64,000 nucleotides of DNA from Oopsacas minuta (taxonomy: Eukaryota; Animalia; Porifera), in assembly GCA_024704765.1 (NCBI GenBank), contig JAKMXF010000020.1:25669-89668 (forward strand). The letters run 5' to 3'. This document shows, one piece after another, positions 12,101 through 23,602 of the stretch (positions are counted from its first letter, which is position 1; the number at the start of each line of letters is the position of its first letter). The notes beneath the pieces were generated by a model. That model did not search any database and had not been told where the DNA came from. It saw only the letters and a program-made list of their open reading frames with translations. Both the position numbers and the translations under genes were made by a program.

Positions 12101-14521
12101 AGACTAGGGTAGAGATGCTAAATGGAGTAAGTCGTCTCTAAACGAATCTAAATATTCCACAGAGATGGGATCGTAAAACTTACTTGGACCATTTCTTTGA
12201 TGGTTTCCTTTCTAAATCTAAAGAAAAAAGAAATATTAGATAAAGTAAGGAATAGGATATAATATAGTAGAAATATAACAGAATGAAGTATATTTACCCA
12301 TCTGGCAAGTTATACGTATCTAAACTATAAATATTAAGAATAATTACATGAGAGAGAATTAAATTGATTTTATAGTAAGAGAGAGGAGGCATAGAATGGC
12401 CAGCAGCTAACGTAAGCGGGAATGAGTAATCTGATGGCTTCTAACAACCAAATAAACTTAAATGTCGATTAGTTATCAATGATAGATTATAGAATGAATC
12501 AATTATAACACATCAGTAATGAATCTCAATGAAAAGATACGATATAAAGAAGTACGAAGAATTCTAAATTGGCTTCACATTATGTCAAATCGAAAGATTC
12601 TGAAAAACACAAACACACTTTTACAAGGAAATCTATATAAAACTCTTAAATGACTAAATTCGTATTTGCGAATAAATGAAAACTATAATCGTTAAATTTA
12701 ACACAAATGTCATGTTTAATGTGCAAACAATTAGAATACACGAATACACGGTGTAGTACTATTTCTCACATAGTGTAGTACGAATAGGGTCAGACATGTC
12801 CAGATGATACTGAAGCTAACACTAACACAGACTGTTCAATTTAATGATGGGATAGCTCGATAGATTCACAATCAGCCACATACATACATTTACCTGGAGA
12901 GATAAGTCGAATGATATGAATTCTCCCTATTACACCCAATATTTGTAATTAAAATAGGGTTTCAGTCCCCCAGGATTTATTTCTGGAAATCTACATTATT
13001 AAATCTGAATTATTGTTTGTCTGTCGTTCAGGAAAGGATTTACTGTATGCAATTTTGAAATTGTCGCACAACTATTTATCGTGTTTATCAAGGAAGTATT
13101 TCGCATTTTCGCAGTTTCTCATATGTAAATCTATTGTTGTTCTTATGAGTCTAAAGAAAACAAATTAGCAAAATCTCAAAATTTACCTTGATACTTGCCC
13201 TCAACGGCTATTAAGAGAGTTGATCTTACAGAATAATTCAATAGCATATATGCCATAAACTTATATTTTTTGTGAATTACATTGTTCTAAATATATCTAT
13301 ATTATAATACTCAAAGAGCCGTCAATTTGGAGAATGATGGATACCTCGAAGCGCAATGCGCCGAGTTCATCGCGAAGCGACGAGCCAAAGGCTCGTATTA
13401 TGGATATCTAAACACAAGGGTTTGCCTAATGAGCGATGTTTATCAGGCATTGAACAAGAATCAATTTTGAATCTAATCCGAATAACTAATACAGTGCAAT
13501 AGAAGTACGAGTCGAAAATTAGACACAATGAATAATTCAAAGATCCGTAACTATCCACACATTGAAGTATAATCTAATTGTGGAAGTTCGTATTTTCAGC
13601 CATTTGTCAGTGTCCGACTTTGAATGATTTTTTAATTCTTGTGAAGTACATATGTGCTAACTTTTGTCACATACATCCCTGGACGGAAGACAAATTCCAC
13701 CTGAACATTTTTGTTCAAAAGTGTCACCACCATTAGTCTTCATAATATAATGAAGCATTTCTTAGTAGCTGTCAGTAAATATGGTTAATATCGCCGGCAG
13801 TGGTGTTTTGCAAAAAAGATGAAGTGCGATCTATATTCAAGTTAACGGATTTCTCTGAATAAGCGGCGGGGCGCTTATTCTTCCATCGACAATTTTCGCC
13901 CAAATAATTTTTAACTAATCATCCTAATTTGTAGTATAATCAATTGTGATGTAAATTTTCAACAAAAATATTCTTCTAGAGGGGGGTGATAAATAATTTT
14001 TGGAGCTAATTTCTAGCACCCGGCTCTTATTTAAGGAAATAGGGTGAACCTCTTCTTAACAAACATTGGCGAAAACAGCCCCAGGAAAGAGATAGGTATC
14101 CGCACCTTGGCCCCCTGACCCCCTAAAAACACTAATTGTCGGAGTGAATTTGTCCAGTTTAGGACTATTGAAATCTGGCAACCCTATGGACAGTCAATAT
14201 TTATGGTGATTGCAGTGCTATTTCATTTGCATAATAAGATTAACTAATGACTAGAGTGGACAATTTTCAGATACCTCAGTATCATACATAATAATTGCTA
14301 AACATGACTAATTTATTCGTAGAATATATTATGAATTAGAAAGATAATTAGTATTTGTAAACTGGAACGAAGAATCGTCAAATGTCTCATTATTGGCTGT
14401 CAAGCAAATATCTCTAACATTTATAATGTTTCCAATGATTGATAATGACCATAAGGAAAAACAAACCTTTTTCATCAGGTAGTCTGGTACTTGGATGGAA
14501 GCAACCTGCTAGCTTGAGCAT
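119..14521 (-). CDS. GRIP1: GRIP-family multi-PDZ scaffold protein, multi-exon; 3' part lies beyond the window start, 5' end uncertain
   Basis: Spliced PDZ exons with GT-AG ends. PDZ1: ~11190-11260 YSYIELIRENNQSLGIIFS, ~11035-11100, ~10480-10630 VQVGDVIKAVNG. PDZ2: ~9820-9900, ~9400-9470, ~9186-9330 LLKPGDKLLSING. PDZ3: 9000-~9080 GPYTLELLRTPGSSLGLSLIG, ~2010-2071, ~1760-1950. PDZ4-5: ~464-660 and 119-409 DVNEAVTPSSGTFNIKL...IAKIKKGGIAFR, which resembles GRIP DVAESVIPSSGTFHVKL. A putative first exon MLKLAGCFHPSTRLPDEK at ~14467-14521 is tentative. Confidence 0.8.
3120..5597 (-). CDS. NCBP1: Nuclear cap-binding protein subunit 1 (CBP80), 825 aa, intronless
   Basis: Single long ORF. It has an N-terminal bipartite basic NLS (KRR...KRSR), LEAKLEELIIKFG, a MIF4G-like region (LPERTASFAALIGVLN), RADWYIWAVLSALPW, and RFLRWFVIILNNYQFQWRWEDW, all matching CBP80 motifs. 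Confidence 0.92.
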   Translation of the reverse strand: MAEYQHSHASSRPRNDRGVRRGFKRRGGSHMGGEKRSRYYERDVETEESLEAKLEELIIKFGKVQEEYNSTPESLVEKSRDLAKILNGRLVGKIQQRMHDFIKKRLIYCALILPERTASFAALIGVLNHQNYDFVEDFVHTLKEELEKSLSRCRFNTAAQIMRFLSELLNCNVLSTSSLLTIYNVFITVTYEKDIPQNRADWYIWAVLSALPWAAAQIDQDKPKGLEEILTIIESYISTKRKILFLPALQVLDRTYPTQVANDQLGQLWVQVQTMRQLGWKEHYLPKIYVGLRRVLSDAFQHKIESLDLPEHSADMHYPLPRACFHLFDSTDIFKGPHLSDPDSIERFLVEQTISGILQTYYKDRKECAVSLVGLAQRESSLAVYHLIGEILFSHMMTLPHPPYPLPFYASVMLEINSLKPGKFPAILAQASQMLFERLEMMNCICRARFLRWFVIILNNYQFQWRWEDWLPALEKEPDHPQRCFLKDVLDRSISLSYYEKIRKILPQEFNSTMPPPPSSNFVYDLLSDSDTASVNAKLIFSKIEAVNRGWKNALNKEALSEQLRNDVMAVSSDQESLARMITQCILQIGRHTLHFTRISMDRFFGIFSQLFAHEQEKVTCILAVIDFWYRVPQKLVFCVSHLLQLGIIDCNSILSWVFRPDTRSQLVSHSYIWDIINSMLCFFKRELVRLGRETQELREMKERLELVESEEGSLMGEPPTNEKIRQHCKLHQECEHALEDFFFVFFTRCISSLNEYIIKCKADKQEFKTYWFSTISQQLQFLITDNANYLKQFDERIESLLDIKDIDPTVSQIFHQALALINVM
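6480..6662. mobile_element. Tc1/mariner-type MITE (decayed)
   Basis: Left CACTAGAACCTCGTTAATAAG versus right end reverse complement CAGTGAAACTTCGTTAATACG. TA follows the right end. A related element lies at 53135-53287. Confidence 0.5.
7281..7870. mobile_element. 590-bp MITE with ~39-bp terminal inverted repeats
   Basis: GGGCGTGCCTAATTTCCGGGACGTGAAGTGACGTGACGG at 7281 and its near-perfect reverse complement ending at 7870. Flanks ccagcaag / acaacaag match 6 of 8 (possible decayed TSD). Superfamily not assigned. Confidence 0.85.
12990..13395 (+). mobile_element. Non-autonomous Helitron (family A)
   Basis: Begins A|TCTACATTATTAAATCT and ends with hairpin TCATCGC-GAA-GCGACGA then GCCAAAGGCTCG|T. 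No TSD. Homologous to the copies at 18145-18593, the 5' end at 31417, and 62697. Confidence 0.75.
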
Positions 14522-17199
14522 CAGATTGGTAGCAATTGAATATATGAAATTAAGATTTTCTCAGTTAAACAGTTAGATAGCTTATTAGCATAAAACTACA
14601 ATAATACAAAACTAGCAGTATAAATGCTTATATAACGTCCTAAGGTTAGAAGCCAGCCAGAATCAGTGGAGCTATTTAGATAATATTACAGACAAAGGAC
14701 ACACTAACATAACATAAATATTATATTATAATTAGTATACATTTAGCTTCAGTATTGAGTAGATTGTGAAGTAGTTAGAAATGCAAATATAGAACCAAAA
14801 TATCTAATTACTTAATTAATTAAAGATTAATTGTTACCAAGAATAGAAATATAATCAGAAGTGACAGGTAAATGCTCGTCCTCCCAGCAATAAATTGTAT
14901 TACTACTATATTCTCATATTTCGTGCATATTGCGTAGAATATCGATTCATCCTAATTATCATCATAGCATGAGTATATTTACAGTATAACTGTTATAAGA
15001 AAGATGACCAACATTTGGAGAGTAATAGATGGATCTAAGCTAGGGTTTGATTATTACCAAATCTTTATGATTACAGGAAATATTGTAATCGATTACGAAG
15101 TAATCATAATCCACCACAAGCCTGTATTTAGAATCATAGTGATTTCAGGACGGAAGGGTAAAATTCTAAATTGTTTCACTAGTAGGGGATATTCAGAATA
15201 TATCCATTATCTCTTGATTGAATGATATACGTATATGTTATGTTGATTTTCTCTACTCGTCGAGACTCTCCCATGAATTTAGAACAAAACATCTGAAAAT
15301 ACAATTAAGAGATTCTTCGCTAAATTCCAGAAAGCAACTAGATATCGCTTCAAAACAGCCAGAGCAACAACTAGGAGCTAGGAGGTAGTTTTATTGGTTG
15401 ATTTTGCATAATCGACATAACATATATCTTATCAAGTGTTGTTAACGGAAAATGCCACTAAAGTTCATTTACATAACTCACAAGCTATGATAAAATATGT
15501 TAGTTATGTAAATAGTATTCATTAGCAAACTATATAGCTATATAATGTACACACGTATAAGAATGTTGAAGCCCATAATAATCTAAATTTCTTCCAGGAT
15601 CGAGAGAATATTCTTAGAACGGGATACTAAATAATAAAATGTCCAGCTAACCAGCTCATGGTTATATGTTTGTGTTCTTTGACTATCAGTTGAAACGAAA
15701 TCTCTAGCATGTTTTGAACAGTATGCAAAAATATGTGACAATATGATTGATCATATGAAAAATCATGTAGATATAGATTTGAAAATGTAAAATTCGAAAT
15801 CTACATACTCAATTACCCCTGACTAGCAGTTAAAACCAAATTCCTAGCATCATTGATGTTCGAATTATCTTGGGTGGATTTATATGCATTATTTATATCT
15901 TATCAATGAAATAATCAAATAGTTTACCTATAGTAGAAGTTAGAATGATCGAACTGTACTAATAGTATAATACCATTCACAGGGAAATTCGAGTTTGTTC
16001 GAATTAACGGTGGTCGACTGTATATACATAATAGCGAACCTCTACAGGGCGTAAATAACCTTTGTAAAGTGGGGGAGCCCCGAGAGCTCATTACTAACTG
16101 ACCATTTAGGTGTCTATTGATGGTACAAAAACAGGGGGCTTAACCCCCTCACCCTATTCTACTCCCTTGCTCAAACAATCATTTGTCTATGTTGCATAAT
16201 ACTCATTTGTAATGTCTGAAAGTATGGGTAAATTAATAAGGAATATAGCGTGTAGAATACATCATTAAATATTTTCCCAGAATTATCGCCTCCCATTAGG
16301 TATTAGAACTGTTAGAATGTGATAATAATATAATTAAGTATAATTGAGTAATTGTTCAATTATTAACTGAATTATTAATTAATTATAATTATGGAATAGG
16401 TTAGGAAACAGGTTTCTGCGGACACGTTACGTAATTCGTATGTAGATCCAGGAGGTACCAGTAAAGTATCTCCAATCGAATCCAATTTGGCGATATATTC
16501 ACGATCAAGGAATAGATTGGCGGACCCAGAGAGGAGGTGGAAAATCATCCAATCCTTGTCGGAGATGTGGACTTTATTCCTCTCGCAACAATCTCAAGGA
16601 AGCCCCATTTGAACTGCTCTGTAGTAGTCCCAATAGAATAGAAGATATCGCCTGTCTTATTCCAGATAGATTTTTCAATTTATGTACTACCTAAACAAGT
16701 GAAAAGCTTAGAATAATAGGTCCAGGCATCGGAGTTATATCAGGGCAGTATTATCCATAGGGCACTAGAGAACTATCTTCAGGCCTACGAAAGGTTAGTG
16801 GCCATGAAAGTAAGGGGCCTAAATATATACAGTGTAACTCGGATAATACGTACCCCTTCGGGAAACACAAATTAATACATACTTACTATCATAGTATACG
16901 TCATATACGAATATGAATTGTATTAAAATGAATGGGAACTAATTTTTTGTATGAAAGAGATAGTAAGTATTCACTGAGTGTAAGTCTTATAAGTAAATCT
17001 TAGTAAAAAAGTGCGTCAGGCCTACTATGGTACTAATCTGGCCCTGATATATATATTGGCAGTACTTTCAAAGAATGCTCGCCAGTTGACCTGGAATTAG
17101 GCTTGGACAAATTCAGTTGTCTCAACTCTCACGATTTTGAGTCTACAAATACTGCATAATTCCTGGTCATTTCATAGAAACCTAATACTAAATTGGAAA

Positions 17200-17484
17200 T
17201 CCCACTATAGAAGCGTTAGATTTTTGTTTTATGTGCCACTTTAGACACATTTTGAAGGTGTTTACATGCAAACAACTCATCCAGTTTGAATCGAAACGAT
17301 TTTTTTAGTGTTAGTAATCAGCGAAAGATTTTACGTATCTTAAGTCGAATGTGTTCTGGAAAATTTTTCCATAGCAACACAAGAATGCTCAGGAAAATGA
17401 GAAAATGGCAAGATTCTATTCTCAAATTTGTCCTAAACCTATCGAGTGACCCCTTGTCGACGCCGCTAGACTAGCTGAGTCTAG
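17200..17484 (+). repeat. Dispersed repeat (family B, possibly Helitron-like), copy 1
   Basis: Similar to the reverse complement of 19247-19520. Ends CTAGACT-AGCTG-AGTCTAG|T. Confidence 0.55.
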
Positions 17485-18144
17485 TTATGCACATACAGAC
17501 CCTCTAAATGAACTTGAATAAGATTTTATGGTTGATTGCCACAAACCAATAAATGTGATAGATTGAAACAATCAATCTACTTCACACTACATAGAATATC
17601 ATTTATCTCCATGCAAATGCGATAATCTTCAATCAGGGGCACCGAATTTTCAAAAAAATTGGACCGATCCAGGGGGCTCACACATATATTTTGTATTAGT
17701 TCTATGGGGCTGTAACTAAAATTCGTATTTAAAGATAATTATCCTTGTTTTATTTATTTATTCACGAGGTTCCCCTGTATTTATACTTAGAACACGATGT
17801 ACGTATAGTATTTTTTAGTTTTATGATACATGTTATTTAGGCGAGGAGTAGAATAGATAATCCGTCAGCTGGAGGAATATTATGTGAATCCTTTACCCAA
17901 GATGCCTGGATTGGTACTCACACGTATTTCAATGGGGAACTGTATGAAATAAGACAAATGTCTGTATAGTAAAGAATATATACCCTAGAATACTTTATTA
18001 TACCAAGTTACGATGATTATAACTAGTAGGCGACACATTCGGTAAATTTCACTTTGGTCGGGTCGTGCATCCCTGGTCCAAAATCCATAATCAGTTGTGA
18101 GGCCTTGTGTACCTAATTTGTCGTATAGCTCATTAGAGGAAATA

Positions 18145-18593
18145 CGAGCAAAGGCTCATCGCTTCGCGATGAACTCGGCACATTGCGCGTCGAGGTATTT
18201 AAGCGGACAAACAAACAGCCAAAAAAACAATTGAGATTTAATAATTTGATGATGTTTAAAATATTTAGACTCAGCATACTTGATTATACCAGTATAGTTG
18301 TTGAAAGTATGATTCTACCTCAATATTGAAATTTGTTTACTTTATATATTCATAAAAACAACACTAAATTTACATATGATTAATCCAAAAGTGTGAAAAT
18401 CGGATTCAGCATGTTCGATATATTTAGTGAAGTTTATTGAATTCTATTTACTTCCTTGATAAACACGATAAATACATAGTTATGTGACAATTTCAAAATT
18501 GCATAACGTAAATCCTTTCCTTGACAACGGACAAACAAACAAACAAACAAACAAACAAACAGACAAACAACATTTGAGATTTAATAATATAGA
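18145..18593 (-). mobile_element. Non-autonomous Helitron (family A), compound copy
   Basis: Minus strand begins A|TCTATATTATTAAATCTCAA followed by a (GTTT)n microsatellite. It ends TCATCGC-GAA-GCGATGA-GCCTTTGCTCG|T. A second 5'-end-like motif lies at ~18205-18250. Confidence 0.8.
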
Positions 18594-19246
18594 TTTATGG
18601 CGCGAAAAAAGCTTTCATGATAATGGAGTCCCTTATGACTTTAATCAGCCATTTGTAGTATATTTTTCACACTTTCTGAGGTTGTTCTTCAACAACAATA
18701 ATTCATTTTTGGAAATACGTGGTAGTAATTTGAGGTTCATGCCAGCGCCAATTGTCTAGAAAAGTTTACCATTGAGACTAGTGACTGTTATATAAGATAA
18801 TACAGGACAGTAATTAAGAATGGCCATCACCCAAGGAACTTGTTAAAGGTGAACTTTATGTATGGACGTTAGAAAAATGAAGTTGCCGTATATAGATGTT
18901 GTCACCCTAGTAGACAGGTTTAGTGTCAGCAAGAGCCTAATAATGGTGGCCACTGGCCGCGTAGAGCAGGTGGCCGCAATACAGAAGTCATTATAAAGGG
19001 AAATGGTTTAGGACTATTTTAGGGGGCCGCTAAATCCAACCTAGAGGCGATAGTTCAATGTTGAGACCTGAAATTCAGTATAGTCTAATACTCTAATGAT
19101 TATTCATATTATTTAAATCAAAACAATATGTAAAGAAAAAGGTATCAAATATCAGTATGACACATACAAATTCATAGTAAGTACATTGAAAATATGACAA
19201 TTTAGCAACGTTGCGTCAAATGACAAGATAGAGAGCTAATACGCAT

Positions 19247-19520
19247 ATAATTAGACTCAGCTAGTAGTGCGGCGTCGAATAGTGGGTCACTCGATAGGGT
19301 TAGGGCAAATTTTGAGATGGAATGTTATCACATTCCTGAGGAAATTTTGCGTTGCTATGGGGAAAAAGTGTTGCAGTGATGACTTGAACGACGGGAAATT
19401 TTACACTGATCATGAATATCCGTAAAATATTGGATTAAATCAAAATTGTGGCCGTTAGATTTAAGTTAACACCTTCAAAATATGTCGCTTAAGTGGTCAA
19501 TTGTAGCCGACAATTGAAAT
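19247..19520 (-). repeat. Dispersed repeat (family B), copy 2, inverted relative to copy 1
   Basis: Reverse complement aligns to 17200-17484 (e.g. CCTATCGAGTGACCC...CGACGCCGC...CTAGCTGAGTCTA). Ends CTAA|T. Confidence 0.55.
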
Positions 19521-20606
19521 TGGAGTTGGCATCATATCCAAAAGTGGACCATTTGTATTGAGGAACAACCTCAGAAAGTATGAAAATTCTATGTACAAAT
19601 ACATGATTATGCCATAAGTTCTTACTGTATGCAACAAGGTGCGAAAATATGATTATTGATATGATGAATCTGTGAATTTGTAACTTTCAGATTCTGAAAT
19701 TCTCAAAATCGGACTCTACGCACCCAATTACCCTGACAACATGTTGAAACTTAATATCCAGCTTGCTTTTGTATTTTACATAGAAAGGTGTGAAAATATG
19801 ATTAATCACCAAAAAGGTGAGAAATATTCAACTTTAGAAAAAATTCATACCCGAGGTGCTAATCCGACCAAAAATGTATATGTACGTATGACAAATTTTT
19901 TTAAAGATATATTTCTAGTAACCTTTAACACCGCGGGTTTACAAATAGTTGAATTCACGCCTGACAAGTGTGCCATAAATAATATTGAAGAATTTAATGA
20001 ACCCACTACCACGTATTTCCAAAAATGAATTATTGTTGTTGAAGAACAACCTCAGAAAGTGTGAAAATTCTATCTAAAAATGCATGATTAAAGTCATAAG
20101 CGACTCCAATATCATGAAAGTTTGATTCGGGCATAAATATTTCCTCTAATGAGCTGTAGGACAAATTAGGTTGCTACGTAGCCTATTATACACATAAGGC
20201 CTCAAGTTCGAATAAGGCAGAGAAACACTATTTTAGGGTCTACATTAAATACATATCCTTGGTATTTCAAAGAAAACTAACACAAAATCTTACATTTCAC
20301 AATCGAACCGTGAGATTTTTCACTAACCTCACGAAATATATAGCCGGATATACGGTACAGCTCTACAGAAAACGTTAATAGGAAGTGTAAACACGATGGG
20401 ATGACAACCAGGGCTGCAGAAATTCTGTTACATATTCATATATATTCGGAAAAGAAATTCAACTAATGACTAGCTGCTTAAACTCGATTCGAAAAACGCT
20501 ACATAATTTCGGACTGATGGGCGTCCCATTATAGCGATTTGATTGGTGAAATTCATTATTTCTTATAAAATACCAGGATATCCTGGCCCGGTCCCTCATT
20601 GGTAGG

Positions 20607-21856
20607 CAGGGGCGTCGGAAGCTGGTATTTCATGGGTGGATTTAATGATACTAATGCATGAATAATAACACTCAATTTAGTAATCTAGATAGTACAAATT
20701 AGAGCTTTGGCAATCTCCCCAACTTCCTTTCGCGGTGTTCAGTATTTAAGGACATTTGTAATTTTTGAAAATATAAACTGTAGTATATTCATTGGTTAAG
20801 TACTACTAGTGTAGTTGGTAATCAGCAGCCATGAAACAAATGGAAAATTACTTTTTACAAGCTGTGGTGTTAGTAGTAAATTATTACGATACATGTGAGG
20901 TGCCAAATATACAACAAGATAATATGAAGATATAACTTCAGCAGGCTTCAACCAAAGACTGGATGTGTGAGGTTTCTGTTGAAAAACTTCCCAACTGGCA
21001 ACAACATGATAATATGAAAATAACTACAGGGTGTTTCACCAATTCTATCACAAAAATGTAATATTATTACTCAAAAACTTTAGAACCATCTGGTTCAAAA
21101 TTTTGGATTTTATTCAGGAGCTTATGACATTTGTATAACGCAAAGATAGAATTGTGGAGTGATGCCCAAAGGAAAATACAGATGGTGGAGTTCTATCATT
21201 GAAATAGGTCAAATTGTAGGTGTCCCAAGCGAGTGGTGGAGGTCATTATAATGTCATCCTTGGAAGGTTGCATCAAAGTCTATAAAACAATCCCCCAATT
21301 GCAATTCTAGAACTAAAACTGAAGTTGAAGACTTTATCTCACAAATAACGCGACTTAATCGCAAAATAATAAAGATACCATATTATTTATCCGCTTAAAC
21401 ACGTTATCGTAAAGGTTCTAACTTTAAACATACTAATTCTAAAATAATTTCGTATAGTTGTATCCGTTTATGTCTTTGTTTTCATAAATGTCAAAGCAAT
21501 ATCTATCACATGAGACCAAGTTTATCAATTTAACTTGGTTACGAGTTTAATTCAAGCAATTCTTTTGGTGAATGAATTGGTGAAACATCCTGTATAAACA
21601 ACTATGAAGGGGGAGATAATACCCTTAAGAGGATAACCTCCCATCGTAGTTGGTTTATTATTATTTTCAAACAAGTATCGAGAATGCCGATCCGGGGTGT
21701 AAACTATTGTAAATTATATCTCTCCTAAATTGGCAGAATGCTCTAATAAATTCGAAAATAATTTAATACCCACTCACAATTAGAGGGGGGATTATCCCCC
21801 TCTGTATAAATCATGGGGGGATAAGTACCCTCATCCCCCCACTTCCGACGCGCCTG
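20607..21856. mobile_element. Non-autonomous hAT element, 1250 bp
   Basis: TIRs CAGGGGCGTCGGAAG / CAGGCGCGTCGGAAG (1 mismatch). Perfect 8-bp TSD TTGGTAGG at 20599-20606 and 21857-21864. Confidence 0.9.
21027..21592. mobile_element. Tc1/mariner-type MITE nested in the hAT element
   Basis: TIRs CAGGGTGTTTCACCAATTC / CAGGATGTTTCACCAATTC. TA on both sides (21025-21026 and 21593-21594). Confidence 0.88.
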
Positions 21857-22612
21857 TTGGTAGGGTGGGTATTGTACACTTACCCTGTTTTATTTTGTAA
21901 TCACCTAGCCATTACAAATTTTTTACTTGTTCTATCAATGTATGTCCACAAAATACCCAGGTTTTGGACCCTTTGGTCACCATTGCTTATGAGCAGGAAT
22001 ATATTGACAGGTTACCTGTAGCAAGAAATCGTATAAATATCATTATATTAGCTTTTCTTTTCAAATTTCCCAACGAGGCTACGACCAAGTTTCTGTCAAG
22101 CTTACCTTAACCTCTACCATATACCATAGATCCACCTTCAACTCGTAAAGATTTGTATTCATTCTCTACTTTCTACTTCTTTTTCTTCTTTACCAATTTG
22201 TCTTCAAGTTTCCTTCTTTTAGGAAGAGATACTTCTTCGCACTCAATTACCTCAGGATCAATAATATCAACTGGAGATACACGTCTATAGTATGTTTTAG
22301 AAGCAATAGTCCTGCTCTTTGACCTTTTCTTAGCATGGAAGATTTTCGCCTTTGGTGGCTTATACCTTTTGCTAGTTTTCATTGAAGGCAGCTTTTGGGA
22401 AGGTCCTGGAATTGGAGATGGGGCGTGATGGGATTGGAATTCCTCTGGCGGACTATAAGAGAGTCGGGTAAGAATAGGAGTGGACGAGAGATTATTATTA
22501 TTTCGTTACACACAGGGCTGGAAAGATATTCTTCTGTTCCATTTCTCGTAATGAGTTTATCTAACAAAGTGAGAAATGTTAGATTCGTATAAATCTGTAA
22601 ATACATAGAAAT

Positions 22613-23090
22613 GCAGATGCCTAAAATACAGGACGTGACGTTATGGTAGCCTCCTAAATACTTAACCCCGAATGTATAACTATATGCTTCATGTATTCTG
22701 TGCTATCCCTACTTTCCCAGAATCTTAGAGCTAGTACGTGAAATATTCTGGCGGTTTAAGCGTGTGAGGATGGCCTGATAACTAATACAGTAAAACATTT
22801 GGGCCAACAAGCAATTTATGGAATTTTATAGTGTGAGGAATTAGTAAAGGGTCTTATTTCACTGGATTGGTTTACAATATACAAGCGATATACGGGCCTC
22901 AAGGGTCCCATAAATGCTAGTGGTTTAGGTCCCAAAGGGCGATCACATCGGGAGCAAGCAAAACACTCTTGAGTAGTATTTCGAGGGTAAACAGGTACGG
23001 CGTCTTATTCATAAAACATATAGTTATACACTTTGGGAGACGATTTTGGGTTACTACAACGTCACGTACTTTAGGCAACTACATTTTTCG
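22613..23090. repeat. Inverted internal copy of the 7281-7870 MITE, lacking the outer TIRs
   Basis: Colinear similarity to the reverse complement of ~7330-7820 (e.g. GAGCTAGTACGTGAAATATTCTGGCGGTTTAAGCGTGTGAGGATGGCCTGATAACTAATACAGTAAAACATTTG). Confidence 0.8.
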
Positions 23091-23602
23091 TTGACAAATA
23101 TAATATTTTGTGGAAATTTTTAACTTTTTATTATCCATGGTCCATCCAAATTCCATTTAATAGCCTTCTGTGGTAATACTGGAGCTCCTACGTGGCTTTA
23201 GGTTAGTAATCTGGGCACTTAGTGTCTCGAATATTATGAAATTCTCAAAAAATGGGAGAATTTTGATTATTTTTGTAGTCTCGATGACGTAATAACTCCA
23301 TGATGAGTTTGCATTTGGCCAGAATCATGACATCAGGACATTTGTCACATTCAGGTATACCTGTGATTCAAACTTCAAACTTCTATCATGTATATTGGCT
23401 GAGCAGTGGTTAATAATGGGGTCCACCAGTTTCTCCAATTAATCCTGGACAACATCATAAATATATATATATATATACAGATTAATTGCGTTTTAATAGT
23501 ATAGATGTGCGAATATATAAAATAGAATTTTACCTAAGAAATATTTTAAAATAAGATCATGATATACAAAAATTATAAAAATCTATCAGAGCTCTAATTG
23601 GA

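Noticed and set aside
19559-20095. Direct ~50-bp repeats 480 bp apart as LTRs or a CRISPR-like array
   Set aside because: Only two diverged copies, no TG..CA ends or TSD. They look like internal duplications of a dispersed repeat.
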